Assembly: GCA_964563825.1 (NCBI GenBank)
Contig: CAZLZC010000006.1
Span: 1-33,723, forward strand
Direction of reading: 5' to 3'
Length of the DNA stretch: 33,723 nt
Source of the DNA: an uncultured Actinomyces sp.
GTDB lineage: Bacteria > Actinomycetota > Actinomycetes > S36-B12
Both the position numbers and the translations under genes were made by a program. The notes under the pieces were generated by a model. That model ran no database searches and was not told the origin of the DNA. It saw only the letters and a list, made by a program, of their open reading frames with translations. This document shows, one piece after another, positions 24,604 to 33,394 of the stretch (position 1 is the stretch's first letter; each line of letters begins with the position of its first letter).

Positions 24604-26465
24604 TGTGTGTCCGGTCGATCTTCAGTGCCGCGACGCCTCATCACGATGACAGCGACGACACCGAGGACGATGAGAGCAGCGATCCCCCACAGCCACACCG
24701 GCGGCCCACTCGGGCTGGCGGAAGAAGTCTCGCCGGCAGTGGCAGCCGAGTCACTCCCCGAGTCGCCCGATGCCGGCTGGCCAGAAGCCGACGCGGCAGG
24801 ATCGGCTGATTGAGCCGGACGTGCTGACACCATGCCGGTGTAGGAGTAGGACGGAGTGAGGTAGCCGTCACCAGCCGGGACCGGTGTGAGCTCAGCGACG
24901 ATGTCAGTCCGGTAGGCGGTCAACGAATTCGGGTATGCCAAGACAATGGACGGGATCTGGTCGTAGACGTACTGCTGTGCCTCGCGGACAAGGGTGAGGC
25001 GTTCGTCCCGATCCAAGGTCGATGCCTGGCGGGCCACAATGTCGTCGTACGTGGGATCCCTCCAGCAGCCATCGCTGAGATCACCGCACTGCTCCGAGGT
25101 GAAGACCGAGAGTTGGTAGTTCGGGTCGGGATCGCCAGTCCAGTACCAGATGTAGGCATCAAAGTCGCCTGACTGCTGCAGGTCGTACATCTTGCCGGCG
25201 CTGACGGGTTGCGCCTTGACCTCAATGCCGATCTGGCTGAGGTAGGACGCAATGAGCTGGCCCGCGATATCGCTTCCCGGGGTGTCATTTGACGTGGGCA
25301 TGCGGATGACCAGAGGCTGGCCAGTCTGCGGGTCGACGCGGATGCCATCTTCGCCGCGCGCGTAGCCGGCTTCGTCCAGGAGGGCGTTCGCTTGATCGGG
25401 GTCGTAGGGAATCACCTGATCGTCGGGAACGTCAAGGTGCCAGTACACCGAGAGCGGTCGCACGATGCTTTCGCCCGGGCTTGCGGCACCCTGGAATGCC
25501 TTGTCCACGATTGCCTGCTTGTCGATAGCGAGCGCGATCGCCTGACGAACGCGAAGATCCTTCAGTGCGGGAAGGGGGTTCGCGGCAGGGTCCTGGCCAC
25601 CGAAGTTGAAAGCCAGATTCACCCAGGAGTCGGCCGTGATCTTCTGGACCGCGACGTTAGGTATCGCTTCAACCGCAGGAAGCAGCGCGCTCTCGAGGCC
25701 GTCAGCAATGGCTATCTCGCCGTTCTTCAGCGCCTGAACCATGGCTTCCTGGTTGGTGTAGAGACGGAAGACGATCCGGTCATAGGCGGGCGCTGTCCCC
25801 CAGAAGTTGGGGTTGCGTTCGAAGGTCCAGCTCTGTCCCGGGACTGCCTCGGTCATGACGTACGGACCGGACACGACGTTGGGCAGGACCGCTGCCTGCT
25901 TGATCTCCTTATTCGTCTTTCCGATGTATGGACCCCAGACGTGCTCGGGGACGATGTAGACCCATGGAGGCAGGTCCATACCGCGAGTCGGTTCCGGCGA
26001 ATTCCACACGATGGTTCGGTCATCCGGCGTCTCGAAGGTGGAGCCCTTGGGGAAGTAGCTGGTGAAGTAGGAGAACCCCTGGTCGATTACGAAACGGTAG
26101 GTGAACGCGACGTCACGTGACGTCAGCGGGGTGCCGTCGCTCCAGGTCAGGCCCTCTCGCAATGTGCAGGTCCACGTTGTGTAGGCAGGGTTGTGTTCGC
26201 ACGATTCAGCCAGACCTGGAGATGCGCTGAGATCCTCATCGGAGAACTTCATCAGCATGTCGTACTGGAGTGTGACGGCGCTCCACTCGCTGGTGGAGTT
26301 GAGTGCCCAGATGTTTGGGTTGTCGATCCCCACGGTCATCCCGATGGTGAGCGTCGTGCCGTCATCGGCGGCCCAGGCCGACGACCCCGAGCCACTGACG
26401 AGGCCAGCCCCGGACAGTGTCATGGCTGCGAAGGCAACGGCCGACAAGCGGCGATGGATGGACAT
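24600..26465 (-). CDS. ABC transporter substrate-binding protein, family 5 (peptide/nickel/oligosaccharide type) with C-terminal TM anchor
   Basis: Start ATG 26465 with GGAGG 5 nt upstream. Signal peptide MSIHRRLSAVAFAAMTLSGAGLVSGSGSSAWA. Family-5 SBP body. C-terminal Ser/Ala/Gly/Pro-rich tail, then VWLWGIAALIVLGVVAVIVM-RRRG. Confidence 0.8.
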   Translation of the reverse strand: MSIHRRLSAVAFAAMTLSGAGLVSGSGSSAWAADDGTTLTIGMTVGIDNPNIWALNSTSEWSAVTLQYDMLMKFSDEDLSASPGLAESCEHNPAYTTWTCTLREGLTWSDGTPLTSRDVAFTYRFVIDQGFSYFTSYFPKGSTFETPDDRTIVWNSPEPTRGMDLPPWVYIVPEHVWGPYIGKTNKEIKQAAVLPNVVSGPYVMTEAVPGQSWTFERNPNFWGTAPAYDRIVFRLYTNQEAMVQALKNGEIAIADGLESALLPAVEAIPNVAVQKITADSWVNLAFNFGGQDPAANPLPALKDLRVRQAIALAIDKQAIVDKAFQGAASPGESIVRPLSVYWHLDVPDDQVIPYDPDQANALLDEAGYARGEDGIRVDPQTGQPLVIRMPTSNDTPGSDIAGQLIASYLSQIGIEVKAQPVSAGKMYDLQQSGDFDAYIWYWTGDPDPNYQLSVFTSEQCGDLSDGCWRDPTYDDIVARQASTLDRDERLTLVREAQQYVYDQIPSIVLAYPNSLTAYRTDIVAELTPVPAGDGYLTPSYSYTGMVSARPAQSADPAASASGQPASGDSGSDSAATAGETSSASPSGPPVWLWGIAALIVLGVVAVIVMRRRGTEDRPDTH

Positions 26466-26552
26466 GCTGCCTCCGGAGTCCGTCATCGTCCCAGTATGGC
26501 GCCGCGCCCGGTGGCAGAGTCCGAATCGCGTCAACTCTTCACCTCTATGTCA

Positions 26553-27416
26553 TCAGACGGTCGCGCCCATGAGGTGGAGCGGTGGCTCACCTCCCAGGCG
26601 CTTCACATGCTGGGAGAGCTCCACGGCGAGATCGCCGACCGCGATCCCGAGACGTGCATGGGCAAGGAGGTAGGCATCCGCCAGTCCGTCGCCCACCGCC
26701 ACAGTGGGTCGCTCAGCGCCCTCCTCGAAGAGCAAAGCCAGTTTGCTCGCAGCGAAAGCGACCGGACCCCCGGCAAACGGCGTGATCACCAAGGAGGGTT
26801 CGGCGCCCGTCAGGTAGGGAAGGCCACGTGACACGAGGTCGCGGTCAAGTCGCGGTACGCCGTGTTCACTGAGCAAGGTCGTGACGCCCGACACGTTTGC
26901 TAGGTCGATTTCGCCGACTCCATTTCCCCGAAGGAGTGGGTTGATCACAGTGTGAGTGAACCGTCGCACACACCATGCCACGCCAGCACTGACGATACGA
27001 ATATCGAAGTCCAGACGGCGAAGGCCAATGAGTAGTTCGCACGCTTCTTGCCTCAGGGTGAGCCCAAGCGCTGCTTGGTCGGTGTGGCGTACGAGTTCGG
27101 CCAGGGACGATCCCGCGAAGGCCTGGGCGAGGAGCAGCGCGCCGGGATAGTGCCCCCACGGCACATCAGCCGATGCGCAATCCGCGACGGCCCGGTAGTA
27201 CTCCGTCGGTGCAGCGTCGAATGACAGGCCGTCGAGCGAGGGCCACTCCGGGTGGTCGGGCAGCGACCGGTTGTCGACGCACCACTGGAAGACGGCTTCC
27301 GTGATGTCTTCATGGATGAGCGTTCCGTCGAAGTCGAAGATCGCCAGCTGCCCCGGTGCATCCGTCAGGTCCTCGAGGATCGCGGACACGCGTGTCGATG
27401 GGGAGTTCACGCTCAC
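26553..27416 (-). CDS. HAD superfamily hydrolase (HAD-IB-like)
   Basis: GTG 27416. Motif I FDFDGTL, motif IV-like VGDGLADAY. Large cap region between them. Confidence 0.7.
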   Translation of the reverse strand: MSVNSPSTRVSAILEDLTDAPGQLAIFDFDGTLIHEDITEAVFQWCVDNRSLPDHPEWPSLDGLSFDAAPTEYYRAVADCASADVPWGHYPGALLLAQAFAGSSLAELVRHTDQAALGLTLRQEACELLIGLRRLDFDIRIVSAGVAWCVRRFTHTVINPLLRGNGVGEIDLANVSGVTTLLSEHGVPRLDRDLVSRGLPYLTGAEPSLVITPFAGGPVAFAASKLALLFEEGAERPTVAVGDGLADAYLLAHARLGIAVGDLAVELSQHVKRLGGEPPLHLMGATV

Positions 27417-27484
27417 AGGCTAGTGACTGCATCCGCGTTCCTGTGCCTGTGTGAATCCAGTGATCGCATCCCCGTGCGCAGCAC

Positions 27485-30172
27485 ATGCTCACGGAAGCCG
27501 ATCAGTCCGGAATCTCCTCGTGGCGGGGCGCTGAGTCTTACGCTGGCCCGGTGACCGCCACCGCACCTGCTCCCGTGAAGCGTCGTCGCTGGCCCTGGGT
27601 CCTCGGGATCATCGCCATTGTCCTCGTGCTGATCCTGGCCATCATCTCGTCGTTCCTGCAGTGGACGGTGAAGCGCAGCTGGCCGCAGACCTCGGGCACC
27701 ATCGAAGTCACCGGACTCGCCGCACCGGTGGATGTCGTTCGCGATGAGCTCGGCATTCCGACGATCTACGGTGACAGCCTCGCTGACCTGATGTACGCCG
27801 AAGGCTACGTGCACGCGCAGGACCGCTTCTGGGAGATGGACGTGCGACGTCACATCACCGCCGGGCGTCTCTCGGAGATGTTCGGCGAGAGCCAGGTGCC
27901 CACCGATGCCTTCCTGCGCACCCTCGGGTGGAGGCGCATCGCGGAGCAGGAGGTGCCGATGCTCAGCGACACCTCGCGCCTCATGCTCGAGTCCTACGCC
28001 GAGGGTGTCAATGCCTATCTGGCGGGGCGTGCCAAGTCGGATATCAGCCTGGAGTACGCCGTCTTGGGACTCACTAATCCGGGCTACCTGATCGAGGAGT
28101 GGACGCCCGCGGACTCGGTCGCGTGGCTCAAGGCCCTGGCATGGGATCTGCGCGGCAACATGACCGAGGAGATCTACCGCGTTGTGCTCGCGTCGGCCAC
28201 ATCGGTGGAGCAGGCCGAGCAGGTGTTCCCGCCGTACCCCTTCGATCGCAACCGGCCGATCGTCGAGGGCGGAACCGTAGCGGATGATGCGTACACACCG
28301 GCGGCTGTCGGACCCACCGCCTCTGCGGCGGCGGCCGCGATGCGCGTCGCTCCGGAGGAGGTGCCCGGTATCGCCGGCACGCTGCAGGGTGTGCTCGCGG
28401 CGTCATCGCTCCTCGATCCCTGGCTCGGTGAGAGCGGCAAGGGCATCGGCTCCAACTCCTGGGCCGTCGATGGTCGCCACACGACGACGGGCAAGCCGAT
28501 CCTGGCGAACGATCCGCACCTCGCGCCGAGCATGCCGAGCCTGTGGTACCAGGCCAACCTGCGCTGTCGCACGGTCACGCCCGAGTGCCCCGTCGCCGTC
28601 GGCGGCTGGACGATGGCCGGTCTGCCCGGTGTCTTCATCGGCCACACGGATCGATTCGCCTGGGGCTTCACCAACACCGGTCCCGATGTCACCGACCTCG
28701 TGCTCACCAAGGTCGAGGGCGATGCCTACGAGTACGACGGGGCGCTCGTGCCACTCGACGTACGCACCGAGCGCATCCAGGTCGCGGGCGGTGACCCGGT
28801 CGACATCACCATCCGCTCCACTGAGTCCGGCCCGATCATCTCCGACGTCATCGAGGCGGGGGAGAACTACGCGACCATTGGTGCCGAGGCTCCGGTGCCG
28901 GCTCCCGGCTACGCCGACGCCGGCGATCCGGGCAGTGACTACGCCGTCGCACTGCGCTGGACCGCACTCAAGCCCGGCACGACGTTCGATGCCTTCGCCC
29001 TGCTCAACAGCGCCCAGGACTTCGCGGCTTTCCGTGAAGCGGCATCGATCCTCGAGGTGCCCGCGCAGAATCTCCTCTACGCCGACATCGACGGCAACAT
29101 CGGCTACCAGATGCCGGGCCTCATCCCCATCCGCGAGGGATACGACGGCAAATGGCCCGTGCCCGGCTGGTCCAGTGAACTCGGCTGGAATGGGCACATC
29201 CCCTTCGAGGCGTTGCCGTGGGCCTACAACCCACCGGAGGGATGGATCGTCACCGCCAACCAGGCGGTCGTCGGGCCGGAGTATCCCTACTTCATCACCG
29301 ACGACTGGTCCTACGGCGCGCGCAGCCAGCGCATCGTCGACCTGCTGACCGCGCAGATCGAGGAGGGGCGCGCCTTCACCGTCGCCGACATGCAGGCGCT
29401 GCAGATGGACAACTGGAATTCCAATGCGGACTTCCTCGTGCCGCGCATCGCTGACATGCCGGTGCAGGAAGCGACACGTGCGGGTACGGCGCTGCTCAAC
29501 GGCTGGGATTACCAGCAGGGCATCGATTCGGCGCCTGCCGCCTACTTCAATGCTTTCTGGCGCCAACTGATCACGCGAATGTTCGACTCCAAGACCGGCA
29601 CGGAGATCACCTCGGCCAGCGGCGATGACCAGTTCTTCGAGGTGATGCGCACGCTCTGGGATCGCCCGGATGACCCGTGGTGGGATGACCCGCTCACGGC
29701 CGAGACCGAGCGGCGTGACGCCGTCGTCACAGCAAGTCTCGACGCGGCGTACCAGGACATGGTCTCGCTCCAGGGCGATGATCCTGCGTCGTGGCGCTGG
29801 GGTGCGCTGCACAATCTCCTGCTCGAGCACGGGACGCTCGGCGCTTCGGGTATCGCGCCGATCGAGGCACTCTTCAATCGCGGTCCGATCGACACGGCGG
29901 GCGGCAGCGGCATCGTCAACGCGACGGGGTGGACGCCGAGCGAGGGATTCGAGGTCACCTGGGTGCCGAGCATGCGCCAGGTGGTCGACCTGGCGAACTT
30001 CGACAGCTCCACCTGGGTCAACCTCACCGGCAATAGCGGCCACGCCTTCAATCCGAACTACGAGGACCAGGTCGATGCGTGGCAGTCGGGGGCTCAGTTC
30101 CCGTGGGCATGGAGCGCTGAGGCGATCGATCAGTCCGAGGAGGCGACGCTCACCCTGACGCCAAGCGGCTAA
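27485..30172 (+). CDS. Penicillin acylase family protein (S45 Ntn hydrolase; possible N-acyl-homoserine-lactone/beta-lactam acylase), N-terminally membrane anchored
   Basis: GIPTIYGDSLADLMYAEGYVHAQDRFWEMD and the nucleophile context GKGIGSNSWAVDG. KRRRWPWVLGIIAIVLVLILAIISSFL signal-anchor. GTG 27551 is an alternative start. Confidence 0.85.
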   Translation: MLTEADQSGISSWRGAESYAGPVTATAPAPVKRRRWPWVLGIIAIVLVLILAIISSFLQWTVKRSWPQTSGTIEVTGLAAPVDVVRDELGIPTIYGDSLADLMYAEGYVHAQDRFWEMDVRRHITAGRLSEMFGESQVPTDAFLRTLGWRRIAEQEVPMLSDTSRLMLESYAEGVNAYLAGRAKSDISLEYAVLGLTNPGYLIEEWTPADSVAWLKALAWDLRGNMTEEIYRVVLASATSVEQAEQVFPPYPFDRNRPIVEGGTVADDAYTPAAVGPTASAAAAAMRVAPEEVPGIAGTLQGVLAASSLLDPWLGESGKGIGSNSWAVDGRHTTTGKPILANDPHLAPSMPSLWYQANLRCRTVTPECPVAVGGWTMAGLPGVFIGHTDRFAWGFTNTGPDVTDLVLTKVEGDAYEYDGALVPLDVRTERIQVAGGDPVDITIRSTESGPIISDVIEAGENYATIGAEAPVPAPGYADAGDPGSDYAVALRWTALKPGTTFDAFALLNSAQDFAAFREAASILEVPAQNLLYADIDGNIGYQMPGLIPIREGYDGKWPVPGWSSELGWNGHIPFEALPWAYNPPEGWIVTANQAVVGPEYPYFITDDWSYGARSQRIVDLLTAQIEEGRAFTVADMQALQMDNWNSNADFLVPRIADMPVQEATRAGTALLNGWDYQQGIDSAPAAYFNAFWRQLITRMFDSKTGTEITSASGDDQFFEVMRTLWDRPDDPWWDDPLTAETERRDAVVTASLDAAYQDMVSLQGDDPASWRWGALHNLLLEHGTLGASGIAPIEALFNRGPIDTAGGSGIVNATGWTPSEGFEVTWVPSMRQVVDLANFDSSTWVNLTGNSGHAFNPNYEDQVDAWQSGAQFPWAWSAEAIDQSEEATLTLTPSG

Positions 30173-30270
30173 CCCGCTTGCACGGGCGTTGGCGCCGTCC
30201 TGCGGAGGAGAGCGCGAGCACGATGCTGTGGAGTGCGGCAACTCTGTATCGTGAAGGCGTGGGCACAAAC

Positions 30271-30627
30271 ATGGGCGCGTACTTCGAAATCCCCGTGGTG
30301 GACATGGAGCGAGCCATCACCTTCTACGAGACCCTCCTGGGAGTGGAGCTTGAGCGCGGCTCCATTCATGGTTATGACATGGCGTTCTTTCCCCACGAGC
30401 CCAACGGGGCAGGAATCAGTGGTGCTCTTGCCAAGGGCGACGTCTACAAGCCGTCGATCGATGGCGTCTTTCTCTACCTCCGCACCGAAAGCATCGACGA
30501 GGTGCTTGTGAGGGCAATCGAGCTGGGTTCGCAGGTCTTGCTGGAGAAGACCGTGGCGCCCTCCTGTCTTGTCGCGGAGATCATGGACTCTGAGGGCAAC
30601 CGCGTGTGCTTCATGCAGGACATCTAG
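30271..30627 (+). CDS. VOC (glyoxalase/bleomycin-resistance) family protein
   Basis: Start ATG 30271 (MGAYFEIPVVDMERAITFYETLLGVEL...). 118 aa, the typical single VOC module ending EIMDSEGNRVCFMQ. Confidence 0.75.
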   Translation: MGAYFEIPVVDMERAITFYETLLGVELERGSIHGYDMAFFPHEPNGAGISGALAKGDVYKPSIDGVFLYLRTESIDEVLVRAIELGSQVLLEKTVAPSCLVAEIMDSEGNRVCFMQDI

Positions 30628-30653
30628 CGCCAGCAGGGCGCCACGGGGCGCGG

Positions 30654-31532
30654 CTAGTGCGTCGCCCCCACCCAGCACAGCGCACCGAGGTAGGCGCGGA
30701 CGCAGATGTTGACCCAGAGCAGCAGCGTGAAGACGAGGATGATCCCGGCAGACACATCGGGGTTGATGAGAGCGCCGACGTAGGTATAGAGCAGGAAGAA
30801 GTTGGCTGCGACCACGATCACGGCGACGAGGGCCGCTGCGGCAAGAGAGCGCCGAGGTAGACGGCCCAGGATGGTGCGCACGACGAGCAGCACGATGATG
30901 CCGATGAGGGCGAGGCTCGCGAGCACCGCAAGGACCTTGCCGGCGTTGACGACGCCGGGCGACATGTCACGCCCGAGCAGGCTGATCCACGCTCGCTGGC
31001 GAATCGACGTGGCAAGTGTGAAAAGCCAGGTGGCGAAGACGCCCACGGCCAAGAGCACGGCGACACCGATAGTCCGGCCTGAGAGCAACGTGACATGGGG
31101 GGCCTGATCCCCCAGGAGTGCGCGCTGGCTGCCCTGGCGGATCGCGTGACCAGTGAGTAGTGCACTGGCGACGAGTGTGATGACGCCGAGGACGCTGACG
31201 ACCGACGCGCTCGTCTGTGAGAAGGCACCCTGCGCCAGAGCACCGAGATCGACGTCCGAGTCGACGGTGATGGTGGGGATGAGCACCTCGTTGGTGCCTG
31301 CGAGGAGGTCCGTCACCCGTGTGAAGACATAGAGGAAAGCGACCATGAGCATCACGGCAAGGAAAAGGCCGCGACCCACGACGCGCAGGGCGGCGTATTC
31401 GAGGTCGAGCGCGCGATAGCGGGTGAACGTCGTGGCTATGCCGCTCGGTCCTCGCATCCCCCGAGGGTAGGCGAGACCGCTGTGCGATGGGGCATGCGAG
31501 GGGTCGACGTTGGTGGCCGTCGCCTCTACCAT
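30654..31532 (-). CDS. Polytopic membrane protein, possibly YihY/BrkB-like
   Basis: About 6 hydrophobic helices. C-terminal GIILVFTLLLWVNICVRAYLGA resembles the YihY terminal block. ATG 31457 (MRGPSG...) is an alternative start that would leave a divergent intergenic region. Confidence 0.55.
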   Translation of the reverse strand: MVEATATNVDPSHAPSHSGLAYPRGMRGPSGIATTFTRYRALDLEYAALRVVGRGLFLAVMLMVAFLYVFTRVTDLLAGTNEVLIPTITVDSDVDLGALAQGAFSQTSASVVSVLGVITLVASALLTGHAIRQGSQRALLGDQAPHVTLLSGRTIGVAVLLAVGVFATWLFTLATSIRQRAWISLLGRDMSPGVVNAGKVLAVLASLALIGIIVLLVVRTILGRLPRRSLAAAALVAVIVVAANFFLLYTYVGALINPDVSAGIILVFTLLLWVNICVRAYLGALCWVGATH

Positions 31533-31538
31533 CGTGTG

Positions 31539-32483
31539 ATGCGACGCGTAGGACTCCTCCTCGCACCCGGTCTTCTCGTGCTTGCCGCCTGTGGCGGCTC
31601 GAGCACGGCAGAGGATTCCTCCAGCCCCACTCCCTCAGCAGACGCCGCCTCATCGTCTGCCGCGGCATCGCCTACGCCGACTCCTGAAGAGACGACGTCA
31701 TCCGCCCCTGCTCCCGTGGGCGCGCCCTTCGTCGATGTCGTCGACGACGCGCTGTCGGCGTACTCCGCGCTCATCGGCTCACCGGCGCAAGGGTCGGACG
31801 TGTCCTCAGCTCTGCCCCTCTTCGACGGAGACGTCCCGCTTCCAGCGGGCACCATCACGGGGGCGGGACGCCTGGTCGAGCAATGGGGCGACACCCTCGA
31901 CGCCGTGCAGATGATCGGTGTCGATGCCGCCCCGGGTAAGGAGGGCCTCGAGCAGTACGGCGAGGCAGCACCGTCGGGCTGGACCTACAACTCGATCTCC
32001 ACGACCGACTCGAGTAGCACGCTCGTCATGACGCGCGAGAGTGATGGTCTGCGCGTGGTCTACATGTCCTCCAAGGATCCCGGGCCCGGTGTGCCCCCCG
32101 CGGAGTTCAGCCTCGAGTCCGATGCCTCGGAGATCCCGCAGCCCGCGTGGCTCGCCGCCCTGCCCGTGCCCTCGGGAGGGGAGCTCACGGCCGTCGGCGA
32201 GGGAATCGGCGAGGTGGAGATCAACTACTTCCCCGCGGTCGGGGGACTCGTCACGGCCACGTGGCGCTACCCCGCCGATCAGCTCGAGGCACTGCAGGAG
32301 TTCTACGCCGGCGAGGCGCTCCAAGCCGCAGGCTTCACGCTCGTCGACCCGGATTCCATCGTGGTGGGCGCGTCGTACTTCGATGTGACGGCGGGTGACT
32401 GGACCGGCCAGGTCATCGTGGGGGAGCTCATGGAGGGTGACGATTCCTTCGCCACGGTGCAGTGGTTCCTCACGCGGACCTGA
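31539..32483 (+). CDS. Lipoprotein (314 aa) of unknown function
   Basis: ATG 31539. MRRVGLLLAPGLLVLAAC-G lipobox, then a Ser/Pro/Thr/Ala-rich linker and a globular acidic domain. Confidence 0.75.
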   Translation: MRRVGLLLAPGLLVLAACGGSSTAEDSSSPTPSADAASSSAAASPTPTPEETTSSAPAPVGAPFVDVVDDALSAYSALIGSPAQGSDVSSALPLFDGDVPLPAGTITGAGRLVEQWGDTLDAVQMIGVDAAPGKEGLEQYGEAAPSGWTYNSISTTDSSSTLVMTRESDGLRVVYMSSKDPGPGVPPAEFSLESDASEIPQPAWLAALPVPSGGELTAVGEGIGEVEINYFPAVGGLVTATWRYPADQLEALQEFYAGEALQAAGFTLVDPDSIVVGASYFDVTAGDWTGQVIVGELMEGDDSFATVQWFLTRT

Positions 32484-32507
32484 TCGCACGACTGGGATGA
32501 TGACGGG

Positions 32508-32729
32508 ATGAAGGAACTCAGCCCTCTGCGACGCACCATCGGCCTCGTCCTCGTGATGATCGGGGGGTTCTGGGCGGCGATCTCCCTGGGCTTCCTCGAA
32601 GAGAGCTTCATGACAGGCCAGCCGATCTACACCGTGCTGGGTTCACTCGTCGCGCTAGCCGGCGTGCTCGTGCTGGTGATCAAGCCCAAGGCTCCTCCGG
32701 CTGCGGAGGCGCCCGACGAGAGTGAGTAG
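32508..32729 (+). CDS. Small two-helix membrane protein (73 aa)
   Basis: ATG 32508 after GACGGG. Two hydrophobic helices and a Pro/Ala/Glu tail. Confidence 0.55.
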   Translation: MKELSPLRRTIGLVLVMIGGFWAAISLGFLEESFMTGQPIYTVLGSLVALAGVLVLVIKPKAPPAAEAPDESE

Positions 32730-32769
32730 TGTCGATGGGAAACCATCCAGCCATGGAGAGGACAAGTAC

Positions 32770-33324
32770 ATGAAGAAGATCATCGGCATCGTGGCGAGCG
32801 TTGCCCTCGCCGGCGCCCTGGTCGCGTCGGCGACCACTGCGGCTGCCGCGGAACGCTCGCTCACGGGCGTGACCGCCATGCGGGTCAACGTCAGCGTCAC
32901 GGAAGCGCTGCTCAAGGCCAATGTCTACGTCAACGGCGAGGATCCGGGCGGAAGCTCGATCATCACGCCGGGCAAGCTCGCGCTCGCCTTCCCGGTCTCG
33001 GGCACCAACAAGGCCAAGATCTCGCACAAGGGATCGCTCTTCATGTCCCACTACGGACCCATGGGCTGGCGCACCATTGTCGTCGACAACCTCGTCGCTG
33101 ATGTCGACAAGGGCACCCTCAAGGGTCGCGTGTACGCCACCGACACCGATCTGGGGACCTACACGATCTTCACGCTCACCAACATCAAGTCAGGGACGAG
33201 CCAGACGACCTACACGATCAAGTTGGCTCCCGGGGTCGCCGAGGTGCTCAACTCCGGGCTGGGAACGCACGTCTTCAGCGAGGGCATGCGCCTCGGCTCG
33301 GGCGTGACGACGCTCGTTTCCTAG
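32770..33324 (+). CDS. Secreted protein of unknown function (184 aa)
   Basis: ATG 32770 preceded by GGAGAGG. Signal peptide MKKIIGIVASVALAGALVASATTAAAA. Beta-rich mature domain. Weak, unverified resemblance to HtaA-type domains (LAFPVSG...ISHKGSL). Confidence 0.7.
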   Translation: MKKIIGIVASVALAGALVASATTAAAAERSLTGVTAMRVNVSVTEALLKANVYVNGEDPGGSSIITPGKLALAFPVSGTNKAKISHKGSLFMSHYGPMGWRTIVVDNLVADVDKGTLKGRVYATDTDLGTYTIFTLTNIKSGTSQTTYTIKLAPGVAEVLNSGLGTHVFSEGMRLGSGVTTLVS

Positions 33325-33333
33325 TTCTCAGGG

Positions 33334-33371
33334 CGCAGGGGATGGACGGAGCACTCCGTCCATCCCCTGCG
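33334..33371 (+). terminator. Intrinsic terminator-like hairpin
   Basis: Perfect 17-bp stem cgcaggggatggacgga / tccgtccatcccctgcg with a gcac loop, 10 nt after the stop at 33324. Followed by tcgttct (weak U tract). Confidence 0.7.
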
Positions 33372-33394
33372 TCGTTCTACGGCAGGATCACGCC

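Noticed and set aside
28403-30268. 621-aa minus-strand ORF antisense to the penicillin acylase gene
   Set aside because: Arg/Asp/Gly-rich, with no recognisable motifs. It is fully embedded opposite a gene with clear family signatures, so it is a typical high-GC shadow ORF.
30967-32489. Minus-strand ORFs 30967..31668 and 31806..32489
   Set aside because: Arg-rich shadows of the membrane protein (off-frame) and the lipoprotein gene (antisense).
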